A DNA stretch of 64,000 nucleotides from the NCBI GenBank assembly GCA_036522515.1, contig DATDFQ010000041.1, forward strand, positions 65,498 through 129,497, given 5' to 3'. A model generated the notes under the pieces. That model was not told where the DNA came from. It made no database searches and saw only the letters and a list, made by a program, of their open reading frames with translations. The stretch is from Bacteroidota bacterium (GTDB taxonomy: Bacteria; Bacteroidota; Ignavibacteria; UBA10030; SZUA-254). Shown piece by piece: positions 55,797-64,000 of this stretch (positions within the stretch are counted from its first letter, which is position 1; the number at the start of each line of letters is the position of its first letter). Made by a program: the position numbers and the translations under genes.

Positions 55797-57336
55797 TCGC
55801 TACCTCATGGCCCTGCCCGGTCGCGAGCGTCATGACTTTTTCCTGTGTCGCTTCGGCGCGGGAAAGGATTCCGGCAAGTCTCCCCTCGCACATGACGGCG
55901 ATCCTGTCGGAAATCCCGAGAATCTCGGGCAGGTCCGAGGAAATAACGATGACGCCGATACCCTGCTCCACGAGTCGGTTGATGAGATTGTAGATCTCAT
56001 ACTTCACACCCACATCGATGCCCGAGGTGGGTTCATCAAAGATCAGCAACTTGCTCTTCGTGTAGAGCCATCGGGCGAGCACCACCTTTTGCCTGTTTCC
56101 CCCGCTCAGGTTTTCGACTTCCTGTTCGATGGTCGGCGTTTTGATCTGCAGCTGATCGGAATACTGCCGGGCGACAGCCGCCTCCTTTTTCCCGTCGATA
56201 AAGGGGCCGGTGAGCAACTCCCGAAGATTCGAAAGCGAAATATTCTCCCGGACGCTCATCTTCATGATGAGGCCATACTTGTTTCGGTCCTCGGTCAGGA
56301 GGCCTATCCCCAGATCGATCGCCTCCCTGGGAGACTTTGGATCGATCTCTTTTCCTTCCAGAACGATACTCCCTTTGCTCCGTTTATCAGCACCGAAGAG
56401 CACCCGCGCGAGCTCCGTCCGCCCGGCCCCCACCAATCCCGAAAGCCCGAGCACTTCCCCACGGTAAACCGTGAGGTTGATATCTTGAAGAATCCCCCCG
56501 TCAAGATGTTCCACGCGGAGTAGCTCCGGGCCTCGCTTGAACTCGATCTTCGGATATTCCTGCTCCAGCTCCCGCCCGACCATCCAGCGGACGAGGCTCC
56601 TCCTGTCGGCTTCCTTAACAGCGCACGTGTGAATGAACTCTCCGTCCCGAAGGACAGTGAGGCGGTCTCCGATCTCAAAAATCTCCTCGAGACGGTGGGA
56701 GATATAAATGATCCCGACCCCGTCCGCCTTCAGCCTGCCGATCACGGCGAATAGGTTTTTTAGTTCCTTATCGGTGAGGGGAGCGGAGGGCTCATCCATG
56801 GCAAGAATCCGGACTTTTCTCGAAATCGCCTTCGCAATTTCTACCATCTGCCGCTGCGCCACGCTCAATGAGCTGATGAGCGCCGTTGTCGGAATCTCTT
56901 CGCCGAGTTGCTCCAGTACGGCCCCGGCGATTTCATGCATCTTCTTAAAATCAATAAACGAAAACGTGTTTCCCCCGCCTGCTACCGCCTTCCCCCCTCT
57001 CCCGAACGGGCTCCTCACCGGTTCGCCGCCGAGGAGAATGTTCTCCGCAACCGTGAGTTCGGGAACGAGTTTGAAGTCCTGATAGATCATCCCGATCCCG
57101 TGTCTCTGCGAGTCGGCGGGAGAGTGTATCTCCACCGGATTCCCGTCGATCAGGATTGTTCCGGAATCTTTTCTTACGGCGCCAGAAAGAACCTTCATGA
57201 GTGTGGATTTACCCGCGCCGTTCTCCCCCACGAGACAGTGTACCTCCCCTGCAGCCAGATCGAGGTGGACACCCGAAAGAGCCACTACCCCGGGATACTC
57301 CTTTCGGATATCCTTCATCTGTAGGAGGGAAGCCAT
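55786..57336 (-). CDS. sugar ABC transporter ATP-binding protein (duplicated ABC domains, RbsA/MglA-type)
   Basis: Two Walker A (GENGAGKST; GLVGAGRTE) and two LSGG signature motifs. Confidence 0.85.
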   Translation of the reverse strand: MASLLQMKDIRKEYPGVVALSGVHLDLAAGEVHCLVGENGAGKSTLMKVLSGAVRKDSGTILIDGNPVEIHSPADSQRHGIGMIYQDFKLVPELTVAENILLGGEPVRSPFGRGGKAVAGGGNTFSFIDFKKMHEIAGAVLEQLGEEIPTTALISSLSVAQRQMVEIAKAISRKVRILAMDEPSAPLTDKELKNLFAVIGRLKADGVGIIYISHRLEEIFEIGDRLTVLRDGEFIHTCAVKEADRRSLVRWMVGRELEQEYPKIEFKRGPELLRVEHLDGGILQDINLTVYRGEVLGLSGLVGAGRTELARVLFGADKRSKGSIVLEGKEIDPKSPREAIDLGIGLLTEDRNKYGLIMKMSVRENISLSNLRELLTGPFIDGKKEAAVARQYSDQLQIKTPTIEQEVENLSGGNRQKVVLARWLYTKSKLLIFDEPTSGIDVGVKYEIYNLINRLVEQGIGVIVISSDLPEILGISDRIAVMCEGRLAGILSRAEATQEKVMTLATGQGHEVANAG

Positions 57337-57338
57337 TG

Positions 57339-58259
57339 TCAGCGCGCGGGGGTCTTTAGCAAAGCGTCCTTATCCACGATACCGACTTCCACCGGCACTA
57401 CTTTCGGCAATGAGGCGCCGGAAAAGTATTCTTTGATTTTTTCGATCGTGGTCTCACCGATCTTTTTCGGATACTGGACGACATCGGCTTTCAGGGCTGT
57501 GCCTTTCGTGATTGCATCCGCCGCGGGAGGAGTTGCGTCGTATCCGACGATATTCACATTCTTGCGGTCATACTGTTGCACGGCATCCAGAGCGCCTAAC
57601 GCTGAATCATCGTTGATGCCGAAGATACCTTTCAGGTCGGGGTGAGCCTGGAGGATGTCGGAGGTGGCTTGCATCGCCTTATCCCGCACGCCCTCGCCGT
57701 TCACGTCTGCGACGACCTTCATGTCAGGGAATTTCGCGATCGCGTCCTTGAACCCCTGGACCCTGTCGAGAACGGACGTGATTGTCGGCTGGCCGATGAT
57801 CGCGACATTTCCTTTTCCGTCCAGGATCTTTGCAAGGTATTCACCGGCCAGACGCCCTCCGGCGACATTGTCCGAGGCGACATGGCAGACAGTCTCCCCC
57901 TCCTGCGCCGCGATATCCGCCGTGAACACGGGAATCTTTGCATCGTTCGCTCTCTTGATTGCCGGCCCGATTCCCCGGGAGTCGACGGGACAGACGATGA
58001 TCGCATCAACTTTCTGCGTCAGGAAGTCTTCGATCTGAGCGCTCTGCTTCCCAAGGTCGAAATCGCCCGACGTGATAACGAGCTGATAACCCTCTTTGGC
58101 CGCTGCAATTCGCAGCCCTTCCTCCAGATCTTTATAGAAGACATGCTGGCGTGTCAGTAGGGAGACCCCGATTGTCTTCGTTGTCGGGCTCTCCGCCCGC
58201 TTGGTGCATCCCGCCGATAGCAGAACTGCTGCGATCAAAAAAAAGTACATGATTTTCAT
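57339..58259 (-). CDS. sugar ABC transporter periplasmic substrate-binding lipoprotein (RbsB-like)
   Basis: Lipoprotein signal MKIMYFFLIAAVLLSAGC; periplasmic-binding-protein type I fold motifs. Confidence 0.75.
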   Translation of the reverse strand: MKIMYFFLIAAVLLSAGCTKRAESPTTKTIGVSLLTRQHVFYKDLEEGLRIAAAKEGYQLVITSGDFDLGKQSAQIEDFLTQKVDAIIVCPVDSRGIGPAIKRANDAKIPVFTADIAAQEGETVCHVASDNVAGGRLAGEYLAKILDGKGNVAIIGQPTITSVLDRVQGFKDAIAKFPDMKVVADVNGEGVRDKAMQATSDILQAHPDLKGIFGINDDSALGALDAVQQYDRKNVNIVGYDATPPAADAITKGTALKADVVQYPKKIGETTIEKIKEYFSGASLPKVVPVEVGIVDKDALLKTPAR

Positions 58260-58293
58260 GTTGATCATCCTCTGAGTGTTATTCCCAATTGAA

Positions 58294-58343
58294 ATTGTCA
58301 TCCTGAGCTCGCCACTTGTCATCCTGAGCGCAGCGAAGGATCT
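58294..58343. repeat. family-2 repeat, two tandem degenerate half-copies (TTGTCATCCTGAGCTCGCCAC / TTGTCATCCTGAGCGCAGCGAAGGATCTC)
   Basis: Direct sequence; intergenic between the two ABC transporter genes. Confidence 0.6.
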
Positions 58344-58350
58344 CTGCCCC

Positions 58351-59358
58351 TTATCTCTTCGTCTTCCTATCCATTACCACCGCGAGCAATATAACCACTC
58401 CTATGGCCACCTGCTGCCAGTACGCCGAGACATCGAGCAGCACCAGGCCGTTATGCAGAATCCCCATCAATAAGGACCCGACCATCGCCCCGAGGATTGT
58501 TCCCCGTCCCCCTGACAAGCTGATACCTCCGATCACCGCCGCCGCGATCACATCCAGCTCATACCCCAGGCCGGAAGTTGACTGGCCCACGCCGAACCTG
58601 GCGGCGAACAGAACGCCGGCGATGCCTGCCGCCAGACCGCACAGCCCATAGATCAGTATTTTCGCCTTCTGGACATCGACACCGCTATAAACTGCCGCTT
58701 CCTCATTCCCGCCGATGGCGTATGTATACCGCCCGAGTCTGGTTTTCTTGAGGAGAAAACCAATCACCAGCGCGAACACCACCATGGTAAGAATCGGGAT
58801 GGGGATGCTCATAATTGAACCCTGCCCCATCATGAGAAACGTTTCCGGAAGATTGCGGATTGTCTCTCCACCGGTCAACGCGAAGGCAAAACCCCGGGCA
58901 ACACTCATCATTCCAAGAGTCGCGATGAACGGGGGCAGGTTCGCTTTCGTAATCAGTAAACCGGTTGCTATCCCGCACACGAGCCCCACTGCTATGCCGG
59001 CAATCGCAGCCGACTCCACTCCAAGGACTCCGTTCAACAGGACGGCCGTGACGACGCCCGATAGGCCCAAAACCGAACCGACTGAAAGATCGATCCCGCC
59101 GGAGATGATGACGACAGACTGTCCCACCGCCATGATGGCGATAAAGGAGACTGCCTTGAACACCTGGGAAAGGTTGGACCAGCTCAGAAAGGTTGAATCA
59201 AAAAAATGGGGACCGCCGAACGAGGAGGTGAGAACTGTCAGGATGAGGACTTCCGCCAGCAACGCAACCCAAATGCCGAGTTGTTTACCCTTCAAAACTG
59301 CAATCGAGTTGTGCGTACGTTTACTTTTTTGTCGTGAGAGGGGGCCGCGAGGCAGCAA
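58351..59358 (-). CDS. sugar ABC transporter permease (second RbsC-type subunit)
   Basis: Paralogous to 54816..55796 (same motif order: GGIDLSVGS ... NGL.LL.V). Confidence 0.8.
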   Translation of the reverse strand: MLPRGPLSRQKSKRTHNSIAVLKGKQLGIWVALLAEVLILTVLTSSFGGPHFFDSTFLSWSNLSQVFKAVSFIAIMAVGQSVVIISGGIDLSVGSVLGLSGVVTAVLLNGVLGVESAAIAGIAVGLVCGIATGLLITKANLPPFIATLGMMSVARGFAFALTGGETIRNLPETFLMMGQGSIMSIPIPILTMVVFALVIGFLLKKTRLGRYTYAIGGNEEAAVYSGVDVQKAKILIYGLCGLAAGIAGVLFAARFGVGQSTSGLGYELDVIAAAVIGGISLSGGRGTILGAMVGSLLMGILHNGLVLLDVSAYWQQVAIGVVILLAVVMDRKTKR

Positions 59359-59516
59359 TACCTACGAAATCAGCCCTATCTTACAAAGATTTTCCCCTTC
59401 TTGCAAATGCGGTTAAATTGATTTGTTATGGGCACATTTTTCAGCGTCAGAAAGTCTTGTTGCCGAATTGTTACCGAGATTACCAAATCTGTCTGTTTAC
59501 TTTCCTTGAAGCGATT

Positions 59517-60191
59517 CTAGTGCGCCCGCACGAAAGGTTTGGAGTAGCTGAGCAATTCCAGGGTTAACACTCCGACATCTGGATTCGAGTATGTATTTAG
59601 AATGTCTTTCACAACTCCTACATGCGGCACAAACCAAGTATCCTCTTGGAAGTAGAGTCTGTTGAAGCGGCGGATTCTCACCACATGGTAAACTTCCGAA
59701 TAATATCCTGCTGGCACCCGTATTGGGGAGTTATCAACCACAGTTGAAGTGTCAGCAGATTCAGGAACGCCGCGATCGTCAAATCCCCATCCTTTCCCAA
59801 CATACAGAGGGAAATGCAGCGTTGGATGCGTGAAGATCCCTCCCCAAAACATTGAACCATCTGAACCGAATTGATCATAGATAGGATAACTGTCTCCCAC
59901 GTAGTTAAGGACATACACGATCGAAGAACCGTTAGCCAGATATACACCCGTTACCGCAAGCTCTGCGGTGTCACGATAAGCTGTTCCACTATCGGTTGCA
60001 ACATATGTCCAACTGGTTCCGACTTCGTGTGGGAAGATTCGTTTCAGGTAGGACAACCAATTCTCGTCACGATCTGCCGTTATGCTCCGGTCGTCGCCCA
60101 CTATATCTGGATTGGAGGGGAAATTGATCTCCGTACAAGATATCGCCATGAGCATCAGAAGGAACAGCATGGTCGCATTTTGGATTCTCAT
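59517..60191 (-). CDS. hypothetical lipoprotein (low-GC island)
   Basis: Lipobox LMLMAISC; no recognisable domain; local GC about 45%. Confidence 0.4.
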   Translation of the reverse strand: MRIQNATMLFLLMLMAISCTEINFPSNPDIVGDDRSITADRDENWLSYLKRIFPHEVGTSWTYVATDSGTAYRDTAELAVTGVYLANGSSIVYVLNYVGDSYPIYDQFGSDGSMFWGGIFTHPTLHFPLYVGKGWGFDDRGVPESADTSTVVDNSPIRVPAGYYSEVYHVVRIRRFNRLYFQEDTWFVPHVGVVKDILNTYSNPDVGVLTLELLSYSKPFVRAH

Positions 60192-60326
60192 ACTACGATA
60201 GTACTCGTCGCCGTGTATATGTATCGGTTATCGCCACCGTGTTGAGGCTCATTTTAGAAAGGGTGGGGTGATTTCTATAACGAAAGCATCCAAGTTTACC
60301 GTGATAGAGGAAGCGCCCATTACGAT

Positions 60327-61607
60327 TTACCTTTTTGCTCCTGCTTTGATGAGAAGATTGATTATTTGCTGACTGCCAGAGTTTTTCGCGTAGCTCAACG
60401 CGGTTCCAGAATTGCTATCTTCAGCATCCGTTCTGGCGCCCGCTTCCAGTAAGACTTTCGTACATTCGGTGCAGCCTTTCCTTGAAGCGAGTATGAGTGG
60501 GTTCATCCCTAGTTTATCAGCTATATTCGGATCGGCCTTTCTAGCAAGGAGCAACTTAATAGTCTCAATATTGGTATCGAGAACTGCCCGTAAAAGAGGT
60601 GAAATGTTGCCTGGTGCGACAGCATCGGGATTTGCTCCATGATCCAGAAGTGCTTTCACGACATCACTATTTTTGCTCACGACACCGAGAATTAGAATTG
60701 GGATAGACATGTCATACGGGAGATGAATCGTACGAACCAGTTCACCCATAATTCCAATGTTGTAAGTGGTAGATGCTTTGAAGTTGGCATCGGCACCATG
60801 GTTGAGCAGGAGATTGACTATCGTCGAATCCCCACCATTGCATGCCGTAGACAGTACTGTGACGCCATTGTAATTCTCTACATTTATGTTCGCGCGTGCC
60901 TCAAGCAAAGCTCTAACACAACAGGTATCACGTATCCGAGCTGCAACCATAAGAGCGGTTTCGTCTTTCATGTAAGTGAGGTAACGATTTTGCATTTGTT
61001 CAGCTTGGCGATCTGGATCCGCTTTTCTTGCAAGCAGAATCTGTACGATCTCGCAGTGCTTCTTCAATATTGCCAACATCAAAGCAGTTTCGCCTTTCAA
61101 GCTGTATTCCGTCGAGGCTGCATCAATGTGGATGTCTGCCTGGAAATTGACATCTGCGTCATGGTCCAGCAGTGTTGAAACAATCCCACCGTATCCCATT
61201 ACTGCGGCTAATAACAACGCGGTTCTATCTCGCACTTCGGTGCTTGACGTTCTCACTTTCACAGAGTAATTGGGGTCAGCCCCAGCACTTAGAAGCATAT
61301 CGACAAGGCCCGTATAACCACGAGCCGTCGCTTCCATGAGCGGAGACATCATTGAATCTCCGTTCACATTGACCTTCGCTCTCTTTTGAATGAGCAACTC
61401 GACAATTGTCGAATCTCCCCAAGCTGTAGCCCAGACAAGTGGTGGAATACCATCCTTCCCTTTTTGATCGACATTGGCTCCGGACGCGATCAGGGTTTTG
61501 GCTGTACCCAGGTCATGACGCTTGAGAGCATCCGAAAGATCCTGAGGATGGCCAGGGGCTTTGATGGAAAATAAGATAATCGCCAACAGAAAAACTTTAG
61601 GTATCAT
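60327..61607 (-). CDS. secreted ankyrin-repeat protein (about 11 repeats)
   Basis: Signal peptide MIPKVFLLAIILFSIKAPG; repeated G-TPL--A---G----V--LL--GAD-N ankyrin consensus. Confidence 0.75.
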   Translation of the reverse strand: MIPKVFLLAIILFSIKAPGHPQDLSDALKRHDLGTAKTLIASGANVDQKGKDGIPPLVWATAWGDSTIVELLIQKRAKVNVNGDSMMSPLMEATARGYTGLVDMLLSAGADPNYSVKVRTSSTEVRDRTALLLAAVMGYGGIVSTLLDHDADVNFQADIHIDAASTEYSLKGETALMLAILKKHCEIVQILLARKADPDRQAEQMQNRYLTYMKDETALMVAARIRDTCCVRALLEARANINVENYNGVTVLSTACNGGDSTIVNLLLNHGADANFKASTTYNIGIMGELVRTIHLPYDMSIPILILGVVSKNSDVVKALLDHGANPDAVAPGNISPLLRAVLDTNIETIKLLLARKADPNIADKLGMNPLILASRKGCTECTKVLLEAGARTDAEDSNSGTALSYAKNSGSQQIINLLIKAGAKR

Positions 61608-61774
61608 GTCGTTCTTCGACCTTGTTGCAAAATATGCAGATCAACTCCAACTGCTACTCGCACCTTGGGTTTTGGTGCGATATTGATTCATGCGAAGCGA
61701 GGGTGTTGAACAAGCGATTTTTATTTGCTAGACCAGCGTCGCTGTTGCGGGCGGGACTCCGAGTGAAACCTTTC

Positions 61775-62572
61775 CTAGCTAGTATCGATCTCGTTTAATT
61801 CGATCAAGGGATACTGTTTCAATACAATGATCTGGCTACCGAGTTGAATTACTCCCCATTCTTTGCATGCACGAACGGTTATATCCCTTCCCCTATACTT
61901 CGTAGGCATGTCGACCCAATGCTCCTTCCCCATTGCTGTTTCTTCGGCAAGTACCCGCAGACGAACATGTTCCGCGAGATGAAGGTATGGCATTAACGTG
62001 TATACAACGTTAGGAGAACGAAAAACTGTATAACGTCGTTTCCGCACTTCATGCCAGAGGTACTTGGCCTTTGGACCAAGGTATAAAGTGTCAATCTGCT
62101 TCATTAGCTTCACAGCGTGAGCAATGCCTTTTACTAGACTTCTATATGGGATGTAAGGTGCAAGACGATGATCTTCCCAAATTGGAGGAAGAGTTTTGTG
62201 GCTTATATAATTGTTTCTTTTCTCTCGAAACCTTTGATCAACGACGAAGGACTCGAAGTCGGAGACCTCAGTGGAAAGATTCTTGAGCTTAATGCTAACA
62301 AAATAGAAGTTGATTTGTCCGACCTTGCGTTCACCCAATTCTGATAGGCGCGAGGTAATTTCATCGGCAAATTTCTTGCACAAGAAATTCAATCTTTGCA
62401 ACTCAGGATTCTGGATGTCGTTTTCAGGAATATCAGTCCGAAGTTCTTGAGCTTGGATTTCAAAATTCCTCAGAAATATCCAAGCGGTTATTATTTCGCC
62501 AACCTCCCCCCTAAGACTGCCTATCAGGTTGGATGGTTCGGTGGTATGAAGTTTCAGCTTCTCTCTGCCCAA
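61775..62572 (-). CDS. hypothetical protein (low-GC island, partner of NTPase)
   Basis: 265-aa ORF with typical coding bias; no recognisable domain. Confidence 0.4.
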   Translation of the reverse strand: MGREKLKLHTTEPSNLIGSLRGEVGEIITAWIFLRNFEIQAQELRTDIPENDIQNPELQRLNFLCKKFADEITSRLSELGERKVGQINFYFVSIKLKNLSTEVSDFESFVVDQRFREKRNNYISHKTLPPIWEDHRLAPYIPYRSLVKGIAHAVKLMKQIDTLYLGPKAKYLWHEVRKRRYTVFRSPNVVYTLMPYLHLAEHVRLRVLAEETAMGKEHWVDMPTKYRGRDITVRACKEWGVIQLGSQIIVLKQYPLIELNEIDTS

Positions 62573-62710
62573 TGATAATTACTCCGTATGAATGATTCTA
62601 CATTGTGAGAAACAATGTGAAGAATGTATGCGCAAACCACGCCGTTATTTTCCGGCTAAGGAGCAGAGCACATATAGTCTTTCCCTCAATTATCGGACAG
62701 TCCAAATAGC

Positions 62711-64000
62711 TCAGTATGTTGGGCGAACATTAAGGGCGCGATGGAATGCAGGATGAATAAACAACTTCATGCCTGAGTGCAGATCTTCGGGCACTAGATT
62801 GCCCTCTGGTAGAAATGAATACTTAATGCTGTTCTTGCCACGCTCTTTAACACCAAGGAACCCAACTACATACAACACATTAATCATTCTTAGTTTTATT
62901 TCGGGAAACGCGCTGTCACCAGAGTCAAGGAAGATTTGCACCATCTGATCGAGCCAGTTAACAGTTTGCGCCTGATTCTTCACGACATCGAAAATCTCTT
63001 CGATGAACTTCCCAAGAGCCTCGTTAGAAATGTCGCTCGTCGAAAATGGAGATTCAAAATTTGAAAACAAACCGAAGACCTTGTCTAAGGATGGATAATT
63101 CTCCCTCCATTCATCAAACACTGAATCCAATCTGGATTTGGAATACTCCAGCTCTGCTGATTTAATTGTGTCCCATCCGAATGCCGTTTTTCCGACAGAG
63201 CTCTTAAAGCAAATGTTCAAGAAGTGAATTAGATCCCTCGGTCGGAGGAACGTTCTGTCCAAAATATAAGTCATTCCATCTTCACGATACTTTGATTTAT
63301 GCGGAAGGATGTCCTGGTGAGAGACCTTTTCGGATGATGTATATTGCCCAGTCAGGAGCTGGTCAACGCGAAGATCTATTAGCTCTGTTAACTCTTCAGG
63401 TGTCCAAAATAGTTGAAGATATAACGGATCATATTTTTCCCTTTGAGGGCCGCGCTTTCCCTGACTGCGCAGAATCTTTTCGAGAATGTTCTCACGAAGC
63501 GCAATGACTACTTTCACGTTTTTGATTCTGTGACTGAAGTCGGTAACAGTGTCCAGCAAAGCCTTTATCAGGTCGTACACGACTGACTGGTCTACCCAAT
63601 CCTTATCCAGATCATCGATCAAGAGAAAATACTTCTTTTGTACGTCGGTGAAAATATCAGTTTGCATCAAATTCAAAAGATCATTCAGTTCCACAATCTG
63701 AATTGAATTCACTGCGGATTGGGCCTTCTTGAGAATCTCCGCCTTTTGTTCGATGCTCGAGCTGCTTGTACTCTCGGCATTTGCCGTGATAGCCTTGATG
63801 TCGCAGCCCATCTCGGCAGATATTTTATCTTCGAGCTTCTGGGTGATCTCTTTCACTCTGTATTCTGTGGTTTCGAAAAATGAGCCCGTCCATTCCACAA
63901 GATACTCGATCGCTTTGCGTTTTTTCTTATTCTTGCCGAAATATGAGAAAATGCTGGAGAGAAATTTGTTTTGGCTTTCTTCGTCTTCGAGTTGATAACG
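62711..64000 (-). CDS. KAP-family-like P-loop NTPase (C-terminal about 430 aa; N-terminus beyond window end)
   Basis: Walker-B-like YFLLIDDLDKDW and downstream LRPRDLIHFLN resembling the KAP NPRxIKRxxN motif. The frame stays open upstream of the GTG at 63898 through position 64000 by hand translation (..RYQLEDEESQNKFLSSIFSYFGKNKKKRKAIEYLVEWTG..). Confidence 0.45.
   Translation of the reverse strand, partial: RYQLEDEESQNKFLSSIFSYFGKNKKKRKAIEYLVEWTGSFFETTEYRVKEITQKLEDKISAEMGCDIKAITANAESTSSSSIEQKAEILKKAQSAVNSIQIVELNDLLNLMQTDIFTDVQKKYFLLIDDLDKDWVDQSVVYDLIKALLDTVTDFSHRIKNVKVVIALRENILEKILRSQGKRGPQREKYDPLYLQLFWTPEELTELIDLRVDQLLTGQYTSSEKVSHQDILPHKSKYREDGMTYILDRTFLRPRDLIHFLNICFKSSVGKTAFGWDTIKSAELEYSKSRLDSVFDEWRENYPSLDKVFGLFSNFESPFSTSDISNEALGKFIEEIFDVVKNQAQTVNWLDQMVQIFLDSGDSAFPEIKLRMINVLYVVGFLGVKERGKNSIKYSFLPEGNLVPEDLHSGMKLFIHPAFHRALNVRPTY

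Noticed and set aside
63729-63995. 88-aa + ORF at window end
   Set aside because: Antisense to the NTPase gene whose frame is open across this whole stretch.

Overview
High-GC (~62%) bacterial chromosomal segment, dense with genes and mostly transcribed on the minus strand. Several secreted proteins carry type IX secretion (T9SS) C-terminal sorting domains, and an ORF6N-domain gene is present; both point to an organism of the Fibrobacteres-Chlorobi-Bacteroidetes group, possibly Rhodothermaeota- or Ignavibacteriae-like, but taxonomy is not resolved from this window. Main contents: (1) a partial AddB-like nuclease, a class III nucleotidyl cyclase, tsaC and rmuC; (2) two molybdenum-cofactor loci: moaA with a moaC-moaB fusion and a cytoplasmic sulfite-oxidase-family enzyme, and moeA-moaD-moaE with a Met/Lys-rich repeat secreted protein, a TAT-lipoprotein sulfite-oxidase-family enzyme, a small Cys-motif lipoprotein and a cytochrome b; (3) a ~13 kb operon of about 12 genes covering purine catabolism from guanine/xanthine to ureidoglycolate, interrupted only by a lower-GC ORF6N-domain gene; (4) an ECF sigma/anti-sigma pair with a His-rich outer-membrane barrel; (5) a T9SS-secreted S1/P1 nuclease; (6) tRNA-Asn and clpC; (7) large secreted GH36-like alpha-galactosidase and GH38 alpha-mannosidase, a TPR membrane protein and a ribose-type ABC transporter; (8) a ~4.6 kb low-GC island at the window end, extending past position 64000, with a KAP-like P-loop NTPase, a secreted ankyrin protein and hypotheticals. 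Two families of intergenic hairpin repeats (REP/MITE-like) recur across the window. Many long ORFs in the supplied track are antisense or wrong-frame artefacts of the high GC content.
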